Shown here: positions 1 through 9,737 of the stretch, piece by piece
How positions within the stretch are numbered: position 1 is the first letter of the stretch
Layout of the letters: the number at the start of each line of letters is the position of its first letter
NCBI GenBank assembly: GCA_902779615.1
Contig: CACZCM010000002.1
Location: 1-52,202, forward strand
From: an uncultured Ruminococcus sp.
GTDB taxonomy: Bacteria; Bacillota; Clostridia; Oscillospirales; Acutalibacteraceae
Direction: 5' to 3'
DNA length: 52,202 bases
The notes under the pieces: model-generated
The model's database searches: none
What the model saw: the letters and a program-made list of their open reading frames with translations, nothing else
Told to the model about the DNA's origin: nothing
Translations under genes and position numbers: made by a program

Positions 1-100
1 ACCGACCGACGCGGTTGGGAACCGTCCCCGACGGCAGCGGAGACCTCTGCCTTTGGAAACCGCAATCTTTTTTGAAAAAAAGATTGATCAAAAAACTTTA
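1..100. repeat. Partial copy (inverted orientation, modules reshuffled) of a modular GC-rich intergenic repeat family
   Basis: Shares blocks accgaccga, ggagacctctgc and ttttgaaaaaa..caaaaaacttta with the reverse complement of the repeats at 24761-25057 and 27957-28252, and with 6101-6134 and 9690-9736. Contains hairpin aatcttt/aaagatt. Confidence 0.5.
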
Positions 101-162
101 GATAGGGTTTAGTTCATATTTTGTTAACTCGTTCAAAAGCCGTGGACGCTTTGAATTTGTAC

Positions 163-191
163 TTGATTGATGCGAATTAATATTGTATAAT
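163..191 (+). promoter_or_regulatory. SigA/sigma-70-type promoter
   Basis: TTGATT (163-168), 17-nt spacer, TATAAT (186-191). Confidence 0.6.
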
Positions 192-225
192 GGTCTTATT
201 GACCTTTCAAGGAGAATGGATGTTT

Positions 226-1290
226 ATGAATAAAATTATTAAAACGATCTTTACTGCGGCGGCGGTCGTTCTGATCGCTGCTTTTGCAGGAACGGCGGCG
301 GGGCTTACGTATCTTTCCGTCAACGAATTGTCCCCCGCTGATGTTGAACCGGTCGATATAGGCGGCGAGCCTACGATCGAGATCCTGCCGGGCGACAAGA
401 TAAAGGCCATGACCTACAATATCGCTTACGGCGGTATGGGCAAGGGGCATACCGATCCTCTCGACGGCGGCAGCGGCGAGGAGCCTGCCGATATTGATGA
501 GATCGCAGATAATTTAACTAAGATCGCAAAGTTATGTACCGACAGAATGGCTCATGTCAATTTCTTTCAGCAGGCCGATATCAACTCAAAACGCTCCTGC
601 ATGACAGACGAACCTGCGATTTTGTCAGGCGGGATCTACGGCAGAACAAACGCCTTCGCCGTAGATCACAGCTGCGTGTTTGTGCCGTTTCCAATCGGCA
701 GCAGCGTAGGCGAGGTTCGGTCGGGGCTTCTCACGATGACCCGTTTCGGCGTTGATTCCGCCGAGCGCAGATCGCTTCCGAATGACTATGGCTGGCCCTC
801 AAGCACATGGAACCGCAAGCCTTGTATGCTGGTTGAACGAATAGACCTCGGCGACAGCGGCAGACAGCTTGTTCTTATAAACACGAATTTTGAGGAGTAC
901 GACAGCGGAGAGGTGAGGGCAGAATCGTTTAAGGTGCTGTGCGAATTTATGCAGAAGGAATATTCAAACGGCAGCTATATTGTCGCAGCAGGGGGCTTTA
1001 ACGCTCAGCTCCCCAGCGTACAGCACGGAAAGTATGAAGACAGCGCAGATGACAATTTTACTCCGCTGGAGCTTTCGACCGAGCTTCTTACGGGCGGCTG
1101 GAAATACTGCACCGACAGTTCTGCGCCCACCGTTCGCCGCCTCAACGCAGAGAGCGGCGCCGCAGAGTATTCAGCCGACGGCTTTATTACTTCGCCGAAT
1201 ACGATAGTGGAGCACACGGAAACTATTGACACCGACTTTCGCTTCAGCAACCACAATCCGGTGGTCTGCGAAGTTACGCTCGTGAATTGA
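226..1290 (+). CDS. Membrane-anchored endonuclease/exonuclease/phosphatase (EEP) family protein
   Basis: ORF 190-1290. The ATG at 190 lies inside the predicted -10 box, so the start is ATG 220 or 226 after GGAGA (211-215). N-terminal hydrophobic anchor IFTAAAVVLIAAFAG. EEP-like blocks MTYNIAYGG, FFQQADINS and C-terminal SNHNPVVCEV. Confidence 0.65.
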   Translation: MNKIIKTIFTAAAVVLIAAFAGTAAGLTYLSVNELSPADVEPVDIGGEPTIEILPGDKIKAMTYNIAYGGMGKGHTDPLDGGSGEEPADIDEIADNLTKIAKLCTDRMAHVNFFQQADINSKRSCMTDEPAILSGGIYGRTNAFAVDHSCVFVPFPIGSSVGEVRSGLLTMTRFGVDSAERRSLPNDYGWPSSTWNRKPCMLVERIDLGDSGRQLVLINTNFEEYDSGEVRAESFKVLCEFMQKEYSNGSYIVAAGGFNAQLPSVQHGKYEDSADDNFTPLELSTELLTGGWKYCTDSSAPTVRRLNAESGAAEYSADGFITSPNTIVEHTETIDTDFRFSNHNPVVCEVTLVN

Positions 1291-1301
1291 GGAAGGGTAA
1301 T

Positions 1302-1895
1302 ATGGATTGTTCGATCGTCTACTATTCCGCATACAAAACGGGTTATATCCAGCGCAGCCTTGAAAAGAAGTTCAGAACAATGACAAATATCACCGTCAGG
1401 TCGGGCTATGCTGCAGTTTCACCGAAGGATATGCAAATGAAATTTTGCCGCGCGCTGGGCGAGTCGTCGCTCGTGATAATTGTAGGCGGGCTGTCGCTTT
1501 TTGGTGAAAATAATGTTATGACTGCGCTTTCGGATTATTTTTCTAAGGCGAGGCTTTCGGTGGAGTCAAACAAGCGGGTGCTCAATGAAAATGGTGACGA
1601 CGGCTACCTTATAAAAACGGGCGGTAAGTATGTTCTTGTTCTTCCCGACGACCCCGAAGCGGCGGAGAGAATGTTTGGAGTACAGCTGCTGAAAAATATC
1701 GACACGGGCAGCAGCCCGGACGAGATAGCCGAGCCGGTCAGAACGCACACTATAGTTTTTGCGCCCGAGCCGAACGATGACGCCGCCGAAAGACTGCGTT
1801 CCCGCCGTCTTTCAACGGTTGCTGTTATAACGATCGTGCTTACCGCAGCTGTCTGCATAGCGGCAGGGATATGGATATTGGGAAATTTGAGCTGA
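1302..1895 (+). CDS. Hypothetical protein with C-terminal transmembrane helix
   Basis: ATG 1302 preceded by GGAAGGG. C-terminal TVAVITIVLTAAVCIAAGIWILG. No family recognised with confidence. Confidence 0.5.
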   Translation: MDCSIVYYSAYKTGYIQRSLEKKFRTMTNITVRSGYAAVSPKDMQMKFCRALGESSLVIIVGGLSLFGENNVMTALSDYFSKARLSVESNKRVLNENGDDGYLIKTGGKYVLVLPDDPEAAERMFGVQLLKNIDTGSSPDEIAEPVRTHTIVFAPEPNDDAAERLRSRRLSTVAVITIVLTAAVCIAAGIWILGNLS

Positions 1896-2230
1896 AAAGC
1901 TTTCACCATGACTTTTGAAAGAAACTCGCTTTTGCAGAAATCTCCCTTAAAAGCTCTGATTTCAACAATCAGACACAAGCCGCAGGCTAGTGCGTCTGTG
2001 GTCATAATGATTAACCCAAGCTTCCCGCATCATAAATACTTAGAAAAATATAATTATATCACCTTGATGTTCACTTGTGGGAAGTTCGAGTGATCAAAAT
2101 GAAGTCAGACCGGCTTATTCCATAACGTGGATTCGTAATAATCAAAAGCAGTTATGTAAATGAGAGCCGTTTTTGTGTAAATATCATTTAAATAAATTTT
2201 TCGTGGATAATCTTTGTTGCATTATTGCTA

Positions 2231-2259
2231 TTGATTTATCCGGAAAAATGGAATATAAT
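2231..2259 (+). promoter_or_regulatory. SigA-type promoter of the glutamine synthetase gene
   Basis: TTGATT (2231-2236), 17 nt, TATAAT (2254-2259). Leaves a ~125-nt leader before ATG 2391. Confidence 0.6.
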
Positions 2260-2281
2260 AAGCGTGTCTTAAACAGCAAAG

Positions 2282-2318
2282 GCGCTGTGGGTGTGAGAAT
2301 ACCCATAGCGTCTTTTTT
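2282..2318 (+). terminator. Intrinsic-terminator-like hairpin inside the glutamine synthetase 5' leader (candidate attenuator)
   Basis: gcgctgtgggt (2282-2292) pairs with acccatagcgt (2301-2311): 11 bp including 2 G-U. Followed by cTTTTTTgc (2313-2318), 70 nt upstream of the start codon. Confidence 0.55.
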
Positions 2319-2390
2319 GCTTTATCACTCGCATACAATGATCGTATGAGATCGTTTCGTGCAGACTTCATTTTAACGGAGGTTATTATT

Positions 2391-4505
<2,115 letters not shown>

Positions 4506-4517
4506 ATAAGAAAAATC

Positions 4518-4550
4518 AGCGCCCTATGATGAAATGTCATAGGGCGCTTT
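4518..4550 (+). terminator. Rho-independent terminator of the glutamine synthetase gene
   Basis: Perfect 12-bp stem agcgccctatga / tcatagggcgct with a 7-nt loop and a short T tract. Confidence 0.6.
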
Positions 4551-4600
4551 GGGCTGATGTTTCGTGACGATAAGTATTTCTGTAATGCATATTGGCAATG

Positions 4601-4807
4601 TATTCAAAAATAAAATCCAGACTTGCAGGTGGGTCATAAACGATTAAAAAACAACGTATTTACGTGATACGATTTGCTTAAAACGAGTTTTTTGGGAAAT
4701 CGAAAATGTCATTTCCGCATGTCATTTCCGCTAATTATATTGATTTTTGTTGCATAGACACAATGTTTCTATGACCCTTGTGCAAGTCGGGATTTATTCA
4801 AAAATAA
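4601..4807. mobile_element. MITE-like element: ~26-bp imperfect terminal inverted repeats flanked by a 13-bp direct repeat
   Basis: aaatccagacttgcaggtgggtcata (4613-4638) versus the reverse complement of 4770-4795 (aaatcccgacttgcacaagggtcata) gives 22/26 identity. Identical tattcaaaaataa at 4601-4613 and 4795-4807. Internal tandem 13-mer atgtcatttccgc x2 (4706-4731). No ORF inside. Confidence 0.45.
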
Positions 4808-4846
4808 TGGCAGTGTGAAGGAATAGGAAGAGAGCCGGGAGCAGAC

Positions 4847-5527
4847 TTATTTTCCCGGGAGATCTTTGATGAGCGGCTTGATCTCGTCGAAAATCATCTT
4901 GATGGAATCACGGTCATAGATCTTCATAAGATCGTTGTTGATCTGTGAGCGCGATTTGCCGTTTAGCACGACCTTGATGGTTTCTTCGATAACTGCATTG
5001 CGGTTGCCGCTGATCTGGATATTGTTGAAATGCTCGTCTATAAAGCTGCGAACCTCTTGCTCTCTTTCGGTTTTCTTAGTTGTCTTGCGGCGAGGCGCCG
5101 ACTGTTTTTTCTCCTGCTTGTCGTTTTCGGAGAGCTTTTTGTCGTTTTTTTTTATGTTAGCAAGGTCTGTCTGCTTCTTTGCGTCGATCTTCTTGGTTTT
5201 GAAATCCTCGATCGGTTTATCGAAATCACTGTCATTGGAAATAATGATATACTCCGCCTTTTTGTTTTCGGAGGCGATATCGCGAAGGTCAAAAAGGATC
5301 ATACAATCGGCTGCGTTTTTGATCGGAACTTCAACCTCTATATATTCGAATTTTGCGTTGGACTGCATCATTTGTTTAAGCAAAATGATCGGTATATTTT
5401 CAAGAGGGTTGGAGTAGTAGATCCTTACACAGTCTTTTGAAGAAAGCTTATCTATCCCGCGAAGACCGCTTCGGTGAACATTTTCCATATCGACGAAGTA
5501 ATATCGCTTGAATTTATTGTCACCCAT
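4847..5527 (-). CDS. NYN/PIN-like (LabA-type) nuclease-domain protein with Lys-rich linker
   Basis: 226-aa ORF. N-terminal YYFVDMENV .. IIISNDSDFD pattern typical of NYN/PIN-like folds. Central KKNDKKLSENDKQEKKQSAPRRKTTKK low-complexity stretch. Family call is from motif memory only. Confidence 0.45.
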   Translation of the reverse strand: MGDNKFKRYYFVDMENVHRSGLRGIDKLSSKDCVRIYYSNPLENIPIILLKQMMQSNAKFEYIEVEVPIKNAADCMILFDLRDIASENKKAEYIIISNDSDFDKPIEDFKTKKIDAKKQTDLANIKKNDKKLSENDKQEKKQSAPRRKTTKKTEREQEVRSFIDEHFNNIQISGNRNAVIEETIKVVLNGKSRSQINNDLMKIYDRDSIKMIFDEIKPLIKDLPGK

Positions 5528-5549
5528 TTTTCATCTCCCTTTCATAAGG

Positions 5550-5741
5550 GCGGCAGGCATGCGCCTGCAGGCAAATTCCGTCCGAATTAGTTTATAACAT
5601 GACGTATTCCCGCGTTTTGGATTTATTCATTCCGCGGCTAACCGAGCGGCAGGCATGCGCCTGCAGGCAAATTCCGTCCGAATTAGTTTATAACATGACG
5701 TATTCCCGCGTTTTGAATTTATTGATTCCACGGCTAACCGA
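5550..5741. repeat. Tandem direct duplication, 2 x 96 bp
   Basis: Unit 5550-5645 is repeated at 5646-5741 with 3 mismatches. Each unit starts with hairpin gcaggc-atgc-gcctgc. Lies directly upstream (minus-strand sense) of the NYN-like gene. Confidence 0.9.
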
Positions 5742-6100
5742 TTAATATTGCGCAGAAAACGGGGTAATTGTATCTGCGCACAAGGCTATTGCACGAAAAC
5801 ATCATTTCAATTATAACAAACCGCGACAGAAAAATTGTGAACATTCGGAAAACTTTTTAAACTTTTTGTGACAGCGACGCATGGTAATGACCATAAAACA
5901 CCACACATGCTGTTTAATAGCAGAATTAAGGATCTAATGATTAAAGTGCGTTCTAAGGATTGGCACTCATTTCACTTGTTTTTTGTGAAATTGCCTTCAA
6001 AATCGTTGAATACGTCAGTATTACTGCGGATTATTCAAACGATCTGCCTGAAAAATACCTGTGCAATGTGAATACCGGGTTTTATCCGTGATCCCTTGAG

Positions 6101-6134
6101 TTTTTTGCCGCCTTTTGAAAAGACGGCAAAAACT
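6101..6134. repeat. Short copy of the hairpin module of the intergenic repeat family
   Basis: ttttgccg-ccttttgaaaaga-cggcaaaaact. Same loop (ttttgaaaa) and tail (caaaaact) as 70-100, 9690-9727 and the reverse complement of 24773-24800 and 27969-27998, but with different stem arms. Confidence 0.5.
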
Positions 6135-6185
6135 GTTTGCCAATTATATTCATTCAAAAGCCATTAGAAAATAATAAAAAAATAC

Positions 6186-6214
6186 TTGACAGGCATTTAA
6201 AAGTGTGGTAAAAT
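6186..6214 (+). promoter_or_regulatory. SigA-type promoter of the rpmG-secE-nusG operon
   Basis: TTGACA (6186-6191), 17 nt, TAAAAT (6209-6214) with TGn extension. Confidence 0.65.
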
Positions 6215-6300
6215 TTAAAGTACCTCGAGAGGGGTTTTTATTTTTGTGCCCTTTTTTAGAGGGAGGCTAAATTTACCGATTAAACGGAGGTGCCGCTACA

Positions 6301-6450
6301 ATGAGAGTGAAGATCACAATGGCCTGCACTGAGTGCAAACAGCGCAACTACAACACCATGAAGAACAAGAAGAACGATCCCGACAGACTTGAAATGAACA
6401 AGTACTGCAGATTCTGCAAGAAGCACACTCTGCATAAGGAAACAAAGTAA
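6301..6450 (+). CDS. rpmG: 50S ribosomal protein L33
   Basis: Not in the ORF track (49 aa): [57 protein letters not shown]. CxxC..CxxC zinc ribbon. Classical position before secE-nusG. Confidence 0.9.
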   Translation: MRVKITMACTECKQRNYNTMKNKKNDPDRLEMNKYCRFCKKHTLHKETK

Positions 6451-6464
6451 CGGAGGTTTGCGAA

Positions 6465-6854
6465 ATGGCTAAGGCTAAGAAAAAGAAGTCAGGCAGCAAG
6501 AGCAAGGCTCAGAAAAGCGTTGCTTTGGAAAAGAAAGCCGAAGACGTTCAGAACGCAAAAGCCTCTGAGGAGAACACTAAGCCCGAAAAGGCTGCAAAAA
6601 GCTCCGAAAAGAAAGCGTCTGAGAAGAAGTCTTCCGACAAGAAGGCTGCCGAGAAGAAGCCGTCTGTTTTCGCAAGGATTGCAAAGTATTTCAGAGAGTG
6701 CCGCAGCGAGGTCAAGAAGATCGTTTGGCCTACGCCAAAGGCAACGTTCAAGAACGTTGGCATCGTGCTGAGCGTTCTGCTGATAGTAGGTCTGTTTGTG
6801 TGGCTGCTTGATACCGGTTTCATAGCGCTGTTCAAGCTCGTTATGGATATCTGA
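6465..6854 (+). CDS. secE: Preprotein translocase subunit SecE with ~65-aa Lys/Ser/Glu-rich N-terminal extension
   Basis: C-terminal FRECRSEVKKIVWPTPKATFKNVGIVLSVLLIVGLFVWLLD is the SecE core. GGAGG RBS. rpmG-secE-nusG synteny. Confidence 0.85.
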   Translation: MAKAKKKKSGSKSKAQKSVALEKKAEDVQNAKASEENTKPEKAAKSSEKKASEKKSSDKKAAEKKPSVFARIAKYFRECRSEVKKIVWPTPKATFKNVGIVLSVLLIVGLFVWLLDTGFIALFKLVMDI

Positions 6855-6894
6855 TCTGGCTGTCTAAAAAGACCGAAAGGATGGATGATGCTCT

Positions 6895-7428
6895 GTGTCC
6901 GGAGACTTTAGATGGTATGTCGTTCACACGTATTCGGGTTACGAAAACAAGGTAGCCTCAAACCTGAGAACGACCATCGAGAACAGAAATCTGCATGATC
7001 TCTTCGAGGACGTTAGAGTCCCCGTTGAAAAGGTGCAGGAGGTAAGCGACGGCAAAACAAAAGAGGTCGAGCGCAAGCTTTTTCCGGGGTATGTGTTTAT
7101 CAAAATGGTACATACGGACGAATCTTGGTATGTAGTCAAAAATATTCGAGGCTGCACGGGGTTTGTCGGCCCTGAGTCCAAACCTGTTCCCCTGACAAAC
7201 GAGGAAGCGGTAAAGATGGGCGTTGAGGCTCCCGAAAGCGAAAGCCGCATTTACGATGTTCCTTACGAAGTCGGAGATTCGGTTCGTATTATCGAAGGCG
7301 CATTTATCGACCGTATCGTTCGTGTCGAAGACATCGACCTCGATTCGGGCAAGCTCACCGTTATTATCCAGATGATGGGATCGGATACTAAGGCTGAACT
7401 TGATCTCGATATGGTTGAACCGCTGTAA
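6895..7428 (+). CDS. nusG: Transcription termination/antitermination factor NusG
   Basis: GTG start (the only in-frame start after stop 6886). WYVVHTYSGYENKV, FPGYVFIKM, and C-terminal KOW-like GDSVRIIEGAF. Confidence 0.9.
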   Translation: MSGDFRWYVVHTYSGYENKVASNLRTTIENRNLHDLFEDVRVPVEKVQEVSDGKTKEVERKLFPGYVFIKMVHTDESWYVVKNIRGCTGFVGPESKPVPLTNEEAVKMGVEAPESESRIYDVPYEVGDSVRIIEGAFIDRIVRVEDIDLDSGKLTVIIQMMGSDTKAELDLDMVEPL

Positions 7429-7662
7429 CATTCAGAGTAAACAGGACCCAAGACGCTTTTGGCGTTCTGTACGGAAGCGCTGCGAGAGTGCCGGCGTATA
7501 TTATATTGGGTCGGGCTGCTCTTTTATGTGCGATCAGTCGGCTCGCACGCCGCTAAACGTGCGGTCACACATAATGTGTGTCAGCCGAGGAAACTCGGCA
7601 AGTGGGAGGGACGAAATTTTTAACGTTCCGTTTTACCACTATTTTTGGAGGTGCAATTTAAA

Positions 7663-8088
7663 ATGGCTCAGAAGGTAACAGGATTTATTAAACTCCAGAT
7701 ACCTGCCGGAAAAGCAACACCGGCACCGCCGGTTGGCCCTGCATTAGGTCAGCATGGCGTTAACATCATGGCATTTACTAAGGAATTCAACGAGCGTACA
7801 AAGGGCGACGTGGGTATGATCATCCCTGTTGTTATCACTGTATACGCAGACCGTTCCTTTACATTTATCACCAAGACGCCGCCGGCAGCCGTTCTTATCA
7901 AGAAGGCTTGCAACATTCAGAGCGGTTCGGGTGTACCGAATAAAACTAAGGTAGCCAACATTACCCGTGATCAGGTCAGGAAGATTGCCGAGCAGAAGAT
8001 GAAGGACTTGAATGCGTCCAGCGTTGAGTCTGCTATGAGCATGATAGCGGGAACAGCACGCAGCATGGGCGTTGTTGTTGTAGACTAA
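7663..8088 (+). CDS. rplK: 50S ribosomal protein L11
   Basis: ATG 7663 after [48 protein letters not shown]. Confidence 0.95.
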   Translation: MAQKVTGFIKLQIPAGKATPAPPVGPALGQHGVNIMAFTKEFNERTKGDVGMIIPVVITVYADRSFTFITKTPPAAVLIKKACNIQSGSGVPNKTKVANITRDQVRKIAEQKMKDLNASSVESAMSMIAGTARSMGVVVVD

Positions 8089-8106
8089 TTAACTGACTGA
8101 TTACCC

Positions 8107-8135
8107 GGTGGGAGGACTTGTTCCGCAATTACCAC
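8107..8135 (+). promoter_or_regulatory. Candidate L1 autoregulatory mRNA site (mimic of the 23S rRNA L1 stalk)
   Basis: ggtgggaggacttgttccgcaattaccac lies 20 nt upstream of rplA. It resembles the 23S L1-stalk strands GGUGGGAGGC...AAAUACCACC as I remember them. Alignment by eye only. Confidence 0.4.
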
Positions 8136-8154
8136 TCGATAGGGAGGAAAACTG

Positions 8155-8850
8155 ATGAAACACGGTAAGAGATATGTTGACAGTGCAAAGACTGTTGACA
8201 GAACAAAATTTTATGAGCCGAAAGAGGCTCTCGAAACAGTTATCAGCACTGCAAAGGCTAAGTTTGACGAAACTGTTGAAGTACACGTAAAGCTTGGTGT
8301 TGACGGCCGTCACGCAGACCAGCAGGTCAGAGGCGCTATCGTTCTTCCGAACGGTACAGGTAAAAACGTTCGTGTTCTTGCGATCGTAAAGGGCGCAAAT
8401 GTTGATATCGCAAAGGAAGCAGGCGCTGATTTTGTCGGCGCTGAGGATATGACTCAGAAGATCCAGCAGGAGAACTGGATGGACTTCGACGTTCTCATCA
8501 CAACACCCGACTGCATGGGTCTTGTAGGACGTCTCGGTAGAATCCTTGGTCCCCGCGGTCTTATGCCGAACCCGAAGGCCGGCACTGTAACTCCCGATGT
8601 TGCTAAGGCAATCAAGGAGGCTAAGGCAGGTAAGATCGAGTATCGTCTTGATAAGACGAACATCATTCACTGCCCGATCGGCAAGGCTTCTTTCGGAGCA
8701 GACAAGCTCCAGGAGAACTTTGATACGCTCATGGGCGCTATCGTTAAGGCTAAGCCGGCAGCAGCAAAGGGTCAGTACGTTAAGTCCTGCGCTGTAGCTT
8801 CGACTATGGGTCCGTCCGTAAGGATCAGCCCGAGCAAGTTCCAGGCTTGA
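8155..8850 (+). CDS. rplA: 50S ribosomal protein L1
   Basis: [21 protein letters not shown].., [29 protein letters not shown]. Confidence 0.95.
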   Translation: MKHGKRYVDSAKTVDRTKFYEPKEALETVISTAKAKFDETVEVHVKLGVDGRHADQQVRGAIVLPNGTGKNVRVLAIVKGANVDIAKEAGADFVGAEDMTQKIQQENWMDFDVLITTPDCMGLVGRLGRILGPRGLMPNPKAGTVTPDVAKAIKEAKAGKIEYRLDKTNIIHCPIGKASFGADKLQENFDTLMGAIVKAKPAAAKGQYVKSCAVASTMGPSVRISPSKFQA

Positions 8851-8873
8851 TTTAAAAATAAGTAAAATTTTAA

Positions 8874-8899
8874 GGAGTCCTTTAAAGGACTCCTTTTTT
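8874..8899. terminator. Bidirectional rho-independent terminator
   Basis: ggagtcc-tttaaa-ggactcc followed by tttttt on the plus strand. Sits between convergent rplA and the minus-strand ORF ending at 8903. Confidence 0.75.
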
Positions 8900-8902
8900 G
8901 TG

Positions 8903-9555
8903 TTATTGCGATCTGAATTTTGACAGCACCTCTTCTTCGAGCATCACATTGAGATCGTCCGTTCCGGTGCCGTATGTTTCTATATTAACGCGATGATTAT
9001 TTATGTACTCGCAAACGTATTTCCAGTCTTTAGCCGACTGTTCGGTGCTGTTTATCGTGCAGATAGTGTAATCGTCGCCGCCTGCAGTAACTTTAAGCAC
9101 CAGCGTTTCGGCAGTGGTGCCGTCCGAATTCTTTTTCGGATACCCTTGAATGAACAATGCGTTTATCTCATTGTAGAAAAAGATCATGCTGTTACCTTTT
9201 CCCATAATACAGTGTTCACCGAGAATAAAGCAGCCGTCAAATTTTCTTTCGCCGATTCTGACATCGAGTATAGCATAGTTGAGTAAGCCGTGTTCGTCTA
9301 AATACTTGATCTTGTTATAAAAACGTCCTTCCGACTTTGAGATCATACGGCTGCATATAACGGCCAATATAATAAATGACACTATCGCAGATACGATCAA
9401 ACAGGGTAAAAATGTCTGTGGTGCGGGTTTGGGTTATTCTCAGACCCGCCCATTTGCAAAAGTGCGCCGACAGGCACAATAAAAAGGTAGATCGGAAAAA
9501 AATTCGTTATAAGACTTTTCCTGCTTGTGAGACAAAATTCTTTTAATTCTTTCAT
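8903..9555 (-). pseudogene. Possible frameshifted gene for a two-TM membrane protein (ORFs 9555-9397 and 9400-8903)
   Basis: The upstream ORF (MKELKEF..ITNFFPIYLFIVPVGALL..) stops at 9397. The downstream 165-aa ORF has only a TTG start without an RBS, and its frame is open 13 codons further up (PKPAPQTFLPCL IVSAIVSFIILAVIC..). The frames switch in the aacccaaaccc tract. Confidence 0.35.
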
Positions 9556-9689
9556 ATTAATAACCTTGATTAGTTGGAGATCAGATGGTCGATGTGAAAT
9601 ATAGAGTTTGTCCAAAACTTTATGCTGTTGTGCGGCGGCTGTTTATGTATACTATACAGTCGGACGGAAATTGTCTGCAGGCGCAAACC

Positions 9690-9736
9690 TGCCCCGCTTT
9701 TTTGAAGAGAGCGGGGCAAAAAACTTTATGCTGTGG
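9690..9736. repeat. Copy of the hairpin-plus-tail module of the intergenic repeat family, abutting the metG stop codon
   Basis: tgccccgct-tttttgaagag-agcggggca followed by aaaaactttatgctgtgg. The tail matches the reverse complement of 24761-24792 (gcggggcaaaaactatgtgctgtgc). Confidence 0.6.
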
Positions 9737-9737
9737 T

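Noticed and set aside
190-225. ATG 190 as start of the EEP-family gene
   Set aside because: It lies within the predicted -10 hexamer (186-191) and upstream of the RBS at 211-215.
2160-2200. TnrA/GlnR-like box (tgtaaatatcatttaaa) upstream of the glutamine synthetase promoter
   Set aside because: It deviates from TGTNAN7TNACA in the right arm (ttaaa instead of tnaca) in very AT-rich DNA, so it cannot be distinguished from chance.
5550-5741. Possible CRISPR array
   Set aside because: Only two units, 96 bp long, directly abutting with no spacers. No cas genes in the window.
5868-6071. 67-aa ORF in the intergenic region before rpmG
   Set aside because: GTG start, no RBS, no recognisable features. 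Probably noise or a gene remnant.
8851-9737. Missing rplJ-rplL after rplA, and missing hfq after miaA (20157-20305), as signs of rearrangement
   Set aside because: Operon fragmentation of this kind is common in Clostridia. Clean terminators and promoters flank the breakpoints, and no mobile-element scars are visible.
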